This document shows positions 41,595 through 55,880 of a stretch of DNA of 64,000 nucleotides, piece after piece. The notes beneath the pieces were generated by a model. The model was given only the letters and a program-made list of their open reading frames with translations, was not told where the DNA came from and ran no database searches. The position numbers and the translations under genes are program-made. How positions within the stretch are numbered: position 1 is the stretch's first letter; the number at the start of each line of letters is the position of its first letter. This DNA is from Camelus ferus (Eukaryota): contig NC_045696.1 of assembly GCF_009834535.1 (NCBI RefSeq), forward strand, positions 16,928,001 to 16,992,000. Direction: 5' to 3'.

Positions 41595-41990
41595 TTATTT
41601 TCAGTGTAAGTTGATAAACCAAACTAGAAATTTCTTAAGCAAAAGAAGCATTTGATTGCCTTATCCTTCACTGAGAAGTCCAACTGGAGGGGACACTTTC
41701 AACATAATTAGATCTGGGGGTTCAAATGATGTCTGTCATCAGGACTACTTCTCACTTGCACTACCCGTCTCTCCGTTTCACAACTTTACTTGTCTCTTTG
41801 CTTCCTTTCCCCCATTGTATAAATTAGGTAAGGAGTCTGACCAGCCTCTGATTATGTGCTTACTAATAGGTCAATGATCATGTTGAAGTATGAGGGGTAC
41901 CATGATTGGCAGACATGGTAAGGCTACTTGTTGAAAAGTCTTAACCGGAATCACACTAAATAAATGTGGGAATCCAACCATGCCAAAAAA
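41595..41990 (-). mobile_element. Old MaLR LTR (MLT1K-like)
   Basis: ttcagtgtaagt..aaaccaaact..cttaagcaaaagaag..actgagaagtcca..ggggttcaaatgatgtc.tcatcaggac. Confidence 0.5.
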
Positions 41991-43499
41991 GAGAGATATT
42001 TAGCAATCAAAAATAATAGACAATAAATCTTCTAATCTGTATTAAGCACGTCTTTTAATTTTGATGCTTGGCATCTTGGGGCCTTGGGTACACTGGTACT
42101 GTTTCTCACAGCCTTAACTAAAGCCTAGAGATAGAAGACAATTTATCAGGGTGTTTGTCTCTCAAATGCAAACTATGGGCTCTTACACTCCCAGCTAGGC
42201 CAGTATTACCCAGCCACAATCACCTGAGGGCCAGCTACCAGACAAAGTTATTACAAAATATTGAGTATTCTCTATGATGTACATTAATTACATCCTTGTA
42301 ACTTATTTATTTTATAACTGGTAGTTTGTAGGGGCAAAACAGATGAGGGATTAAGAGGTACAAGCTACTGAAATGTCTTCTCTTATAGCATCATTTAATT
42401 TATAAGGTATTTAAAGACTTTTTGAAAATTATAGTGTACAAGTCAGTAAGAGAGAGAGAAAGAGAGAGAAATGGAAACTTAAAGTAAATGGAATTATCAA
42501 AGATTTTATCTATTTTTTTGTTTTAATTTTTGCATGTTTTTGTTTAGTTGAAGTTCAAAAATAAAGAGCTATAGATCACCCGAGGGTTTTTTTTTTATTT
42601 TCATTAAATTTCAAGATTTGAATCAGATTCTGCATTGATGTTTTTTTTAACGTGTTTATACTCACCATTTTATTGTTTTATCCCCCATAATTTGTGATCT
42701 AAAACATACAGTCCATGTGGTCTGATCAAGAAAAAAATTATATCTTGTAAAACTTAATATCAGAATAAACCCATGGAGAAGCAAACACAAAAGTTAAAGA
42801 TATTCATTACAAGTTACAGAGAGATTAATTTTGAAAGTGCTTTAGGAGAAGTGAGTTTTGAATATGATTTGAAGGACCAAGAAAAGAACTAAAGAAAAGT
42901 TTGGGAAGGTATGTCAGTTTGGAGCTATGCTGAAAGCTGTATGTTCTCCCTACATTCCAACTTTAACTAAAATCCCTTTCCTCACAATTGAAAATGCACA
43001 GAACTTCAGTGAGTGAAATGACAATTCTGCAGATGTAAGTTTGAAGCTGTTTTAGTTTGTATTTGAAATAAAGGAAATCACAAAGACAAATAATTTATTA
43101 ACAGTAAAAAAGAGCTAGGGACACCCTTAGCAACTGATTAGATTTTGTTATCCTAGTAGGTCACCGTTAGAGAGAGGAGGGATGAGAGAGAGACCTACAG
43201 AAATCTTGCAGCGGGATGAGAGGCTTAAGCAAACACACATGGGGCTAATGATCAGATCACTGTGAAAATGGAGGCTGTTTATAATTTTCCAAAGAGCAAA
43301 GACTTGGGAATCTGATGGAAATTAGAATCAAATTAAATAAAACATTTTCCCTTGAAGCAAGATATTCTAAGTCATAAATCTAATAAGACTAATAAGTCAG
43401 ACATAAGATAAAAATATTTTGGAGTCATGCAAAAATTCTATGAGATAGAATTAGACCGTGCTTCTCCACACCATTTAATTTTGTGGTCTACCACTGGGA

Positions 43500-44500
43500 A
43501 ATTTTGGAGAGTTAAGGCAGCTTCTAAGTGCATCTCTATACAGAGAGAACACAGCAGTAGAAATAAAACTCCAACGAACTGTTGAAACCAAAAAGTTAAA
43601 GGGAGAATACTCATCATCCAATTAAATGAACCAGCCCTTTGGATTGGAACTAGGTTCTTCTGGAACTGTCCCTGAAAAGTCGGTTGCACACCCTATGTGG
43701 TAGAGCGAAAACACCCAGGGACGGCCATTTACAGGGAATTTGGCACTGCTCTGGCAGGGTGTACCTGTGTTTTTGGACTGTTGCCAGGAGAGTTTTCAGT
43801 GAGCCAAGGCATAATAAAAGGAAGTCTTGGCAGCCTCACACTAGAAACCAGCAGAGTCAACAGCAATTATAGAAGCAGAAGCAAAGACTGTAACAGTAGT
43901 TAAGTAGGAGCCCACTTCACCATCCTTTCCAAACAAAGGGAGCTTGGAGTGAAATCACTCTTTTCAGCATCCGGATTGAAGGAATGTCTTTGCCCACCCA
44001 CTCTATTCATCTGATCTCATCACTTTGACTTTCAGGACTCGTTTGTAAGTACCACTGGACATGACCACCCATAGGGAGACCTTTTAGCAAGTACAGACCT
44101 TGCTGATCTCTAGCACAGGTGGAGAATGAACCGAATAGCTTTAGATGTGTCCTAAAATTAGTGTACCTTTGCAGGACTCCCAGTTCTTACCTTTTATATA
44201 GCCCTTAGTTGCTCAGTTCATGTTGCAAAAACCTGGTGCCCACTTAAAGTAGTGTGCACTCTCTGCTTCATTCTGAATCAGGATATGTCTTCTTTCTGAT
44301 CATGACTTACCAGTGCATTTAATGAAGATAGAAATAAGTGGAATTTTCCTTTTCCTCTGGTCTTCTTTGGGATTCCATACAGGGTGTGTTGAATGACCCA
44401 GGTTGTTGGGCAATAATAAAACTTTCTTCATCTGTATCTACCACACACAAGAACAAGTACAGAAGCAAGAGCAAATGAGTGTATGCCTTTGGAATGTACA
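43500..44500 (-). mobile_element. Possible ancient LTR (LTR78/Gypsy-like); family not determined
   Basis: GC-richer block with minus-strand ggctatataaaaggtaag TATA at about 44190-44203; boundaries unclear. Confidence 0.3.
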
Positions 44501-44839
44501 CACTTGAGCTGCCACATGCCAGTTACATCCTGATCTAAATTCTACTTGATGTGTAAATGGTAAGGTGGAAGCTGCTAAATACCTAGAAAATATGAACAGA
44601 ATTTTATGCTGCAGATTTCAGCAGTTCTGCTACACTCTCCACTAAAAGTTGGCTGTGTAACTATAATGAGTCACCTTAATTCTCTGTTCTTCAGCTTTTC
44701 TATTTAATGTGGACAAAAAGAGCAGAACTGTACAAATATATAAACATATTTATTTACTACAAAAATTGGGAACCTACATTTTCAATGGGAAGAAGGTTAT
44801 ATAAATGATAATATCAGAATAATTCATTAATTTGTTCAA

Positions 44840-45100
44840 TAAATGAACATTCACTCATTCACCAAATATTTACTGAACCTTTCCTGTGTTCCATGACTAT
44901 TTAGGGTTCTTGAGATACTGTGGTGAACAAAGTAAAATTTCTGCTCTTAAGTTTTACATTCTATTATGGGTGGGGAAAGGGAAAGACAGAACCAAACAGG
45001 TGAGGATACCCATTTCTAATATGTCAGTTGGTGATATGAACTAATAGAAAAATAAAATAGAGCAAGGGAGTAGAGTGATATAAAGAGATATGATGTAATA
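44840..45100 (-). mobile_element. LINE-2 3' end
   Basis: cattcactcattcaccaaatatttactgaacct...gagatactgtggtgaacaaa. Confidence 0.75.
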
Positions 45101-45204
45101 CCTATGCAGAGAGCAATGCAGAGTTTGGCCCAGAGAGGAAACATTCCCTAAAATGTACATAGAAGCCTCTGCTAATGATTATATTATTTTCCCAATCTCT
45201 CTTT

Positions 45205-45560
45205 GTGATGGTTAGTTTTATGTATCAATTGGTCCATGGGATGCTCAAATAGCTGCTAAAACATCGTTCTATGAATACGTTTCTGGAAGAGATTAGCGTC
45301 TGGATAGGTAGACTGAATAAAGCAGATTGCACTCCCTAGTGCGGTGAATGTTGTCCAATCCATTGAGGGCTGGATTAGAACAAAAAGTCAGGGAAAGGCT
45401 GAATTTGCTCTCTGCTTGATGGTTGAGTTGGGACATCAATGTTCTCCTGGGCTTGGTGCTCCTGGTTCTTAGGGCTTTACCCTCAGACTGGAATCCACAC
45501 CAATAGCTTCCTTGCTCTTGGACCTTTCAATTATACTACTGGCTTTCCTACATCTCCACA
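45205..45560 (+). mobile_element. ERVL LTR (MLT2B-like), 3'-truncated
   Basis: tgtgatggttagttttatgtatcaa...tttctggaagagattagc...ccaatccattgagggc..gaacaaaaag..ctcctggttctt. Confidence 0.85.
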
Positions 45561-48500
45561 CATATAAAGATTTCCTACTATCAAATTAACACATCCATCG
45601 CCTCACATTTTTTTCAACTTTAAATATACCTGCTCTCAATTAAGTCCTAAGCAGTCAATCTTTCCAGTTCTCAACTATGACTATCAAAATCCCTTAAACA
45701 TATGTTTCTTAACACTCTTAAAAGTAATTTAATAAAATTAACTTATCAACATCCACTTAAACCTCCAATTAAACTATTTCTCAAAGAAAAAATCCTGATA
45801 GATTACATTCAGGAAATACAACTATAGCAATCTTGAGAGATTTAAACTAAAATAACTTTAGAAAATGGCACACTGAAAGGTCATGAATATTTCATAAGAA
45901 AAGTAAGTAGTAGATAGATTTGCTAGACTACATAGGTCCAAATCAGAATTATTTTGAAATACATTGTTTTTATTAAATTTTTAATGTTCAGTAGGCACTG
46001 AACAAATTTCTCACTTATAGAAGAGGGTATATTGGTCATGCACAGAATTTCTATGCCTTATTTTTCTCATCTATATTAGAAATGAACTGATAGTGCATTT
46101 GACTTAATGATTTAACAATATGGGTGGATATATCACCAACATAAAAAACTTTGGCCTTTAAGTTTGAAATAGTAACAAAATAAATGAGCAAATAAAAATG
46201 TACTGACTTGAGAGATTGTTCTCATGAACAAGAATAAGGTTAGCCTCTGACATTCACATGGATACTTTATTGGGACTTTTACCTTCTTGCTGTAATGTCT
46301 GCATTTTGGAAATGTTATGGGAATTTTGTATTGTTGCAATTTTTCAAAGAAAAGATAAATCAGCTTCTAGAGTAAACATACATACAACATTTTTTCTTTT
46401 CCTAACTCTGCATGGAGGGAAAAAACAAAACAAAACAAAACATCTTTTTCATGACATTTAACAGAAAGTAAGAGACTTGTGAGTCCCAGCACCAGCTGTA
46501 TAGAGCTATCTCATGGAAAAAAAAACAATTCAAAAGCAAGCTACAGAGTCTGATGTTGCTTCTCAGGAAGTTACTGCCTTCTTTCTTATGGTATCATAAG
46601 ATGCTCATCTTTCTGTCTCTCCTGCTGGCCGTTCTCCTGCCATATTGAAGAAGCTTACTGCATTCACCTTGACTCTCAATGCAGAAGTCTGGCAGGCTCC
46701 AAGACATCAGCCAAGTCTGACATTAGAAGACAGAGGTGATTTGCTTTATTCCTATCACACTCTTGTGATATTTAGTGATTAGAAATTTGATCTTCAGTTA
46801 ACACAATAACAAGAAAGATTGGGTTCTAATTAGTGTGTATTAACTTCAGAGATTATAATATATGAAGGCTCAAAAAATTTCTTTGAACTATGTCATTCAT
46901 CAATACTTGTACTTCTAAGCAGAAAATTGAGTTTAAAGAAATTAATCTTTAAGATACTACTTTAATTTAGTCAATACATGTTACCATAGACTTTGAGGAT
47001 TTTTATAATAAAAAGTCTGTGTTACCATAGACTTTTATAATTAAACCCACAAAATTAAATGATATGCACTGATTTGAGATTAATAGGCATATGACTAGGA
47101 CAATAGTCAAATCTTTATGGTAGATTTTTGGACAACTTCCACAGACCATTATTTTAGTGAGGCAGAAGTACAGGTGACTCACTGCCAGCTATCGTCCCAC
47201 CTGTCCTTTGAAAATCGCCTGGTGGAGAGTAATCTAGTGGCAATGCAGGAGTCCCCTTATTAAGCTGTAAGATGAATTTAAGGTAAACAATGTTTCATCA
47301 CATTAGCCAATGTAAAATGCATAGTGAATTCTGTTTACTACCTATTTGACTTGAATTTAGAGTAGAGTACAGAAATAGATATATCTTTGCTCAACAACTC
47401 ATAAAGATTCACATTGCCTTCAGATCAAGTCCAAATAATATTCATAGCACATGTGATCTTTCACAATAGTGTAACCTTATCTCACCTCCTACTACTTTTG
47501 AAAGCCTGTGTTCTCTTATCCAGTAGTCTATTCCTTTACATCCACTTAATCACATTATGTATTTTCTCATCTCTAGATTTTCTTGTGGTTTTGTGTTTGT
47601 TTGTCACTCTGGTGATATTCTTTTTTGCTTTTCCTAAGCCAACGACTCCTCAGAACACACGTAAACCCCAACTCCATCATGAAAATTTCTCAGATGTTTG
47701 TAACAAATATTATCCTTTCATCCTGATGACTACCCAGGCATTTATTTTCAGAACCAAGAATGGGAAAGATACTTCTCAGCTTTTGCTTTCAAATTCACTT
47801 ATATTCTCACCTGTGGCTTTAGAGGTAAATCTATATTTTTCTTCAAGATTACTGATTCAATGCTCAAATACTGCATTTCTACTAACTCAACAGTTAACAG
47901 AGGCAATACTTTGCCATCTTCTTATCCTATATTCATGGTAGCACAGTACAAAGCTAGGTATATATTATACTCAATAAATAATTGTTAAATTAAACTAAAC
48001 AGAAATATAAAACATAGTTTTTGATGATTTGTTTTAGCATTTTTACCTAGTGATGTAACTTTATAAACTTCTTCTGTGGCATCATTGTATTGATGTAAGA
48101 ACCCCTAGGTGTTTTATTTCTTGTTGGTGAGGAGACTCCAGATCTTATTTTATCCTCAATCAAAATGTAGAAATGTACTGATCTAAAAAATTAATTTAAT
48201 TGTAAGATCAGTAGCTACCATATTGGTCATGTATTATTTGTTGGAACCTTTTCTTTACTTAAATCCCCAAATATTCTATGATATCATGACTCAGCATAAT
48301 AATAAGTAAAGTTATTAATAGAATTAAAATTTGAATCCAGATGAATACTAAGTGCTTGCCACAAACTATCTGGTTAAAAAAATCCATTTTATAAAAATTT
48401 CATTTATTGTGTCTTTAACTTATAGACCTTTTTATAGGGAAACATTTTATAATTCATAGCAATGTCTAACTTAAAAATATAGGCTAAATGTTGGTCATAT

Positions 48501-50359
48501 AAAAAATTTTTGCTACTATCTAAATAGGGAAGAATAGCTTTTCACATAGCAAAACTATGACACAGCATAATAAAAAACTTTAAAGATAATCTACTTCACT
48601 GAGTTCCCTCGTTATCTTTCCTGGTCCAGTTGGACACATTTTACATCTTCTGTATATATTATACTTGTCACTATTGAAAACACACAGATATGTTTGTGAT
48701 GTATATATACATATATATATGTGTGTGTGTATGTATATACATATGTATTTGAGTAAACTAATATGGTTTTATTCTCCTTTAAAATAATTCTAGCTCATTT
48801 TTAAAAATAGTAATAATTTTACAAAATTATTCCATTAAACTTAAATTATTTTTCTGTATCATACATATAGATTTTGTTTTACACAAGTTGCTTTAACCAT
48901 TCTTAGAAAATCTCAACATTTTACTGTATGCAATATTTAAGTAATATCTAGTTTAAGGATTTGAAATAATATGAAAACCATGTTAAAATAGAGAGCTTAA
49001 CCCCCTCGATTTTACATCAACAGCTTCTGTCCCATAAGTGCCTTGTAGGTTATTAACTTACCTTTTCTAAAGCAGTAACTCACCCGAGGGAGAAATTAAT
49101 TCCGCCCAACAGCAAATAGAAATATTAAAAAGAACCTTTAACATTCATGCCAGAGAACCTTGGAAATATATGTCAAGCACTTCACATATATTGACCCTAA
49201 CACTTGCAGAATCTCAGTAAGACAATGTCCTCAGAAAAACTACAGCTCTGAGAATTTAAACACCTCAACTAATAGGTAGTGGGGATCTTGATCGATCTCT
49301 TTCTCACTGCAGTAAACTGCCTCTGGCTGGTCATTCTGATGTGAGGTCTTTTCCTTTCATTTTCATCTGCAGCATTTAGTTTTTACAAATTGGCAACTGA
49401 AATTAATTTTGTTGTAATAAGAAAGCAAAATAATTCATTATATTTTTCTAAAGAGAGAAAGAATAATAAAATGGGAGACACTGGTATGATCCATAAATAT
49501 AAAAAAGGAGAGAATATGACACTAGTATGATATGACATCATATGAATAATTTTACTAATATGTTGAAAGTGCAGTGTTTAATATGTTCTGTTTGGAGAGC
49601 AATCTTTCAAAGCACACTTTTTCCTTCAAATAGACACTTTCATTTACTTCTGCATCAAAGGTATACATATGTGATGTTTAAGGTGTTGTTTATTTCTTTA
49701 ATATAGTCATAGGTGGAATGACTTTGCCAATGGAAGTTGCTTTAAAATGAAAATGTTACATGTATGATTTCTATTATTATCAAGTATAAAGCATTCCCTA
49801 ATATAGAATGTAACTGAAGAAGAAAAAGAATGTATTAATGTAATTCTTAAGTACTAACCCAATCTTGTTCTCTATCATGAAGAAAATAGATTCATTGAAC
49901 CTAACTTGTCTTAGAGTTCAGTAAGTGCAGTAACTGTACTTTTTTACAGAGGAAAAGGATAAAAAAAAAAAAAAACCTGGTACTATGAGTTAATTTTTAC
50001 TGACTTAAAAGTAAGTTACCTCAATATTTATGGGAAAAAATACCAACTAAATACAAATGATCATTTAGTTCTCAATTTTTCAAGATCAGATCACAGTCTA
50101 ATTTATTGAATTCTGAGGGAATGTATATTGATCCTATATCTGAAACAAACTTATCTGTTATGTCATAGCTTATGACATTCACATTATAAGCAATGAAATA
50201 CATCATATCAAAACTTTCATCTTTGTAAAAGCAATATCATGCATTGTCAAATAAATTTGCTTAATTTTTGTAGACATTGTAAAAATGAGAAGTCCCCTGA
50301 CTGTCAATCATAATCAATATAGCATGCTGAATTTTATCGGTTTATAGATTCACTTCATA

Positions 50360-51730
50360 CTTACCAATTTGACAAATATTTATTAAGCTTCTATTGTATC
50401 CATTTCCAGGTATAGTTTAGGACCCCTGAATGTAAAAAAAAATAAAAAGTAAAATAAAATATTAAAATGTGAATTAGCCCTCATGTAACTCACATTGTAA
50501 TGTGAAAAATTATTAATAGAAGAATAATATAAATAAGTTTAAAATTGAAACGCAAATACTGTGAAGAAAGCAACATGATTTTGTAATTTAATAAATAGGG
50601 GAACTGACATTACCTGGGAAATTTGGGAAGGCTTTTTTTTTAAAAAAGAGTAGGTATTAATAGATTAAGATGATGGAATAGTGTATGTAAATGTTTACTG
50701 AAGCCACAGCATGAATAAGATCATTTTATGAGAGATAGAGATAGATACAGAGATAGAGAATTGTGAAACTTTAATTTTGATGGTTTGATTTAGATTGAAA
50801 AATCAAAAAAGGGAACTGAGAAAGAGTTCCCAGAGTAGTCAGAAGTCCAGGAGAGAGTTTTCATGGCAGACAAGGGAAGAGTATTTCTAGAATGACAGAA
50901 TTAAGAACAGTTCTGAATCTTACTGAGAAGTCAAGCAAAATAAAGACCAAAATGTTTCACTGGGTTAGCAACAGAAATTTCAATGGACACTTGAGCAGGG
51001 TCATGGTGGGCTACTGTGATCAGAAGCCAAATTGGAATCTTTAGCGTAACAAATGGAGACAGCTTTCCAAGAGGGCAGAGGTGGATGTGGAAAGAAGGAT
51101 GTGAATGTCATTGGTATTTAGGATGTAAAAATGACCACAGTTTATAAAGGAGCCTATCAGGAAGGAAAAGAAAAAATATAGGATGAACCATGACTACTAG
51201 CTTTCTAACTTGCAGGCAGTAATGTTTTCCAAAACAGGAAACACTGGATAAAGAGCAGGAGTAGGTTTTTTCCTTTTTTTGCTTGTTTTTCAGAGGGATG
51301 AAATTATAACTTTAATTTGTGCATGTTGAGCCTGAAATGACTTTGAGCTATCTAAGGGTACGTCTTGTAAAAGCGGCTGGATATCCTGGCTTGAAGTTCA
51401 GAGGGGTGAATAGAGAGGGGATTTTAGGCGGCAGAAATGTAGCATGGTGGGAGAAAGTCTATTTTAAGGCAATGGGACACACTCACTCGAGGAAAAGGTA
51501 AATATCAAAAAGGAAAAGAGACAATTGATAGCCAAGAAGGCAGGATTTGATGAGAGCCAAGTCATAAGTAGAGTCATTGGCTTCAGATAAGAGGAAGAAT
51601 AGATATTCTATTACAATAAGGGGGAAGGAGAATGGTAGAAATTCTGGATATGTTTAACTACAAAAAAAATAAAGAGTATTTTCTTCTGATGGCTTCTATA
51701 TTCTCTGGAGTAGGATGCAAGTTTATATGC
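50360..51730 (-). mobile_element. Long decayed LINE-2
   Basis: caaatatttattaagcttctattgt 3' tail; actgagaagtcaagcaaaataaagacc..gggttagcaacag; ttcttctgatggcttctatattctc. Confidence 0.7.
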
Positions 51731-53109
51731 TGAAATGGAGTGAGAGGGAGAGAAGTTTGGGAGATGCATGCTAAATGCTATAGGCTTAGGAATGTGATGG
51801 ACAGTAGTTGAATTGTAAGAGCCTTTATATTAAGGAATACTTTAGATGATTATTAAATAACAAGAAAAACAGTAACTAGTAGTCTTTTCAGAAGAGAGGT
51901 GGATTCATTGTTTGGTGAGTCTAAAGTCCAGAAGGTAAATCAGACAGGTGGATCAGATTTCGTAGGAGGAGTAGGAGCATTTTGGGCTAGGGAATAGGGT
52001 GAGAAAGTATGTTACTGGGGTGATGAATATGACTGCTAAATTAAGTCTGGCTTAAGTGGACTAGTGGCTTATTTTAGAGAAAAAGAAAGAGCCAGTTTTG
52101 ATAGGACCTGTGTACAACAGCCTAAAAAGCAGGCACTGAATTTTAATTAGCTATGGTTGCTAAATCAAACTATCTTGGGTTTTTGAAAACAGGGATTTGA
52201 TTTTGTGAAAGTTAGGCTTTGTGAAAATTAGTCTAGTAGAAGTTTAAAAAATAATTTGAAGGTGTGAAAGTTGGGAGCTGTGCAGAACACATAGAAGGCT
52301 ATTACAGAATTTCATATAAAAAGTAATTTCTAAAATTGAGTGGAAAGTGGGAGGCAGGAGATGACTGTGAACTGCATTCTGAAGTGTCTGCTTATGTTTT
52401 TGCATTCTTTAATAAAATTTTTCCGTGCTGGTTTTGGAATCAGATATCCTAGGGTAATTGTTTTGTTTTCCTGTTTGGTCCTCTTGCAGAGGGATCCAGG
52501 ATGGGAAAATACCCTCATTAGGAAGCTTGTTGGACCATCTGTCTAACTGGAAGGCTATTTTTGTAGCTCTAACCAATGATAATTACTTTGAGTTTTATTT
52601 CTTTTTGAAAAAAGGAGTGAAAAAATTTATTCTACTGTATGAAAGAAAAATATTCACAGTGGTAGAATAGCATTGCTTTCCTCTCCATCAATTAAGTAAT
52701 ACTAACCAGTTTTCAAAGAATATTTAAAGTGTTTATCTTAGAAAAATCAAAATAATGAAAGTGTTTATCAAAATTTCTTCCTTCTAGCTAATGGTTTTGT
52801 TTTGTTTGTAATCCATCAAGTTTTTAGCTCATGCATTGTATATCATAATTAAATTGAAACAGAAAAAAATTATATTTTATATTATATTATCTGTATTTTT
52901 AAAAAATTAGACTAAAAAACAAAACGAAATAATTTTTAGTCTACTTTGTGCTATACTGAGCTTTCTTCTTCTCATTTAAATGTTTGATTTTAGAACTTTC
53001 AGATAAAGAAAACAATTATTTACATTAAATTACTTGAAATTATCCCCAAAGTTCTTAGGGTATATATCTTAAATACCTTAAATTTATTGAATTTAATGTT
53101 TAATAAAGG

Positions 53110-53960
53110 ATAAAAATATTTGAAAAAATTGAAATACAAAGAAAAATTACTGAGAAGAATTCCAAGACCTCTGAGACAATTTCAAAATGTGTAGTACATA
53201 TGTAATGGGAATATTGGAAGGAGAAGAAAGAACAGAGTAGAAGAAATATTTGAAGAAATAATAGTTGAGATTTTTCCAAAATTAATGACAGATACCAAAC
53301 CACAGATGCAATGAACACTGAGCTGGATAAACAAACAAACAAACAAACTCTACACTTAGTTACTACATATTCAAATTGCTGAAAACCAAGGACAAAAAGA
53401 AAAATCTGGAAAGCAGAGGGAAAAAATACACCTTGCCTTTAGAGGAACAAGAATAGAAATTACATCAGACTTCTCTTCAGAAACCATGCCAATAAGAAAG
53501 AAAGTGACGTAAAATGTTTAGTCTTGAAAGAAAACATTTTTAGAATTTTATACCCAGGAAAAATTAGCCTTCAAAAATGGAGAAACATTTTTTTACAACA
53601 AACCACAATTAGAGGAATTTATCACCAACAGACCCTCTTACAAAAAAATGTTTAAATAAATTCTTCAGGGAGAAGGAAAATGATGTAGGTCAGAAGCTCA
53701 GACCTACATGTAAAAAAGAAACGATGTCTAAGAAGGAATAAATGCAGATAAATCTCTACTTCAAATGTTTTTTCCTAAATTGATCTAAAAGATAAATGTT
53801 TGTTCAAAGTAATAATAATAATGGCCATATATTGGGTGATTACTGAATGTGTATTAAAAAAATGAATGACAGCATAAGCGGCAAGAATTGGTAATGCTCT
53901 GTTATATCAGTTATAGTAAAAGTATGGTATGTGTTATAGTGTTATTTGAAAGTGTACTTA
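53110..53960 (+). mobile_element. L1M ORF1 region (resumes after 54588)
   Basis: gaaatatttgaagaaataatagttgagattttccaaaattaatgacagataccaaaccacagat; cagacttctcttcagaaaccatg. Confidence 0.82.
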
Positions 53961-54577
53961 TGGACCTACCTTATGATCCAGCAATCCCACTCCTGGGCAT
54001 ATACCTGGAGGAAAATATAATTCAAAACGACACATGTACCTCAGTGTTCATAGCAGCACTATTTACAATAGTCAAAGCATGGAAACAACCCAAATGTCCA
54101 TCAACAGATGACTGGATAAAGAAGATATATATAATGGAATACTACTCAGCCATAAAAAGAATAAAATAATACCATTTGCAGCAACATGGATGAACTTGGA
54201 GATCATCATTCTATGTGAAGTAAGCCAGAAAGAGAAAATGCCATATGATGTTGCTTATATGTGGAATCTAAAAAAAGGACACAAACGAACTTATCTACAA
54301 AACAGAAACAGACTCACAGACGACATAAAGAACAAACTATGGTTACCAGGGACTAAAGAGGGTGGAAAGGGATAAATTAGGAATTCAAAAATGGCACCTC
54401 TTGGGGAGTGATGGAAATGTTAGCTATCTTGATTGTGGTAGTGGTTTCACTGGTGTATACATCTATCAAAATTCATCAAATTGTACATTTGAATTATGTG
54501 TAGTTTCCTGTACAGGAACCGTACCATAATAAAGGTGTTTAAAAAAAAAAAAACAAAGGAATCATATAGAAAAAAAG
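53961..54577 (+). mobile_element. Younger 5'-truncated L1 3' end with TSD
   Basis: [34 protein letters not shown]2 C-terminus; AATAAA plus A13; 11-bp TSD aagtgtactta at 53950 and 54578. Confidence 0.92.
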
Positions 54578-55747
54578 AAGTGTACTTAAATAAGTTGTAC
54601 ATATTTATTGCAAATTCTAGGGCAAATACTAAGATATTTTAAAAATGAAGTATGATTGCTATTAACTTTTATTATGTGTGTTTTTACCAATGCCAAATAT
54701 CTTCATTAATATTTGGTTTTCCAAGAATTTTCCACTACCTTTATTGGAACCATTCTTGATTCTGAATTTTCCTTAACGATTCTCAATTTTAATTTATAAA
54801 TGAATTTGTGTTTCCCATTTCTCATACCTAAGGTAGATAGTAAATTTTTTAAATTACTGGTATTTCTAGTCTGAATTAACTCTGTCAGATCCTTAATATG
54901 CATGTTAGAAAACCTAAAGTGATTTAATAACATGGGTGCACACAGAATATGGAGGAATATTCTTCCAACAACAACAGTATTGCTGGCCTTTGTCCATCCA
55001 CTTATAAAAGGCTTTCAGTGGGAAATCTTATATTTAGTGGAGGTAAATTTAAGTTTTTCCTGATGGTAGCCACTGCATATTTTGAATTCAGGCTGTTTTC
55101 AATTTCCTTATTTAAAATGTGATTAAAACTCCTTTCTTAGTAATGAACTGATTAGTACTCTGGAAAAATCAGCAAATCTGGGGAAGATTTTTAAATACTC
55201 AGTCAATTATGTGCTGCATAGAACTTCATTCTACATGTGTGTAAATTTAATAATATAGATTCATTAGAAAAGAGAAAGATTGATTCTAAAATCTCTCATT
55301 TTAAAAATACTTGAGATAATGAATTTCCTTTTTTCCATTGTGGTTTCAGTAATATCCAACATACTTCTACATATATCTCAAAATCTAGACATACCTTCGC
55401 CTGTGTTTGTACTCTACGAATTGCAGTAACCACTTTGTGTAGGTCTTAAAAAGATTTGAAAGTTAATATAGAATGAACTCGGAGTAAAAAGAAAATCCCT
55501 TTTCATAGGTATTAAGTGACATACTAGAGTCTGGTGTCTGCAATGATATATGAAAAAGAAGAAAAATGTGACATTATTTTATGCCTCTTGTGACAGATAT
55601 AAAAAGGTTTTCCATTGGTCACTGATAATCTCCTGGAATAAGTTAAACATTTGGAACTCATATTGATACATCTGGGAGTCAAAGACAGACCTCCAAGTCA
55701 TGTATTTAAATTTCATCTGGCCTAAACAGGTTTTCATGAATGAAAAC

Positions 55748-55880
55748 TTTTGGTAATCAAATGAATATGTTAATTTACTAAGATTTAGATTTTTGGTCTT
55801 ATATTTAAAAATGCATAATTTTATTTACAGTAAATAATGTTAACAATAAAATATCCCTGCTTACATTTTGTAATTTTTGT
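55748..55880 (+). repeat. 133-bp direct repeat, source copy
   Basis: Identical to 57714-57846 except for one A/G difference. Confidence 0.95.

Noticed and set aside
47414..47941. Longest ORF in the track (175 aa, hydrophobic)
   Set aside because: Non-ATG start, T-rich low-complexity composition, overlaps decayed L2-like sequence; no recognisable domain
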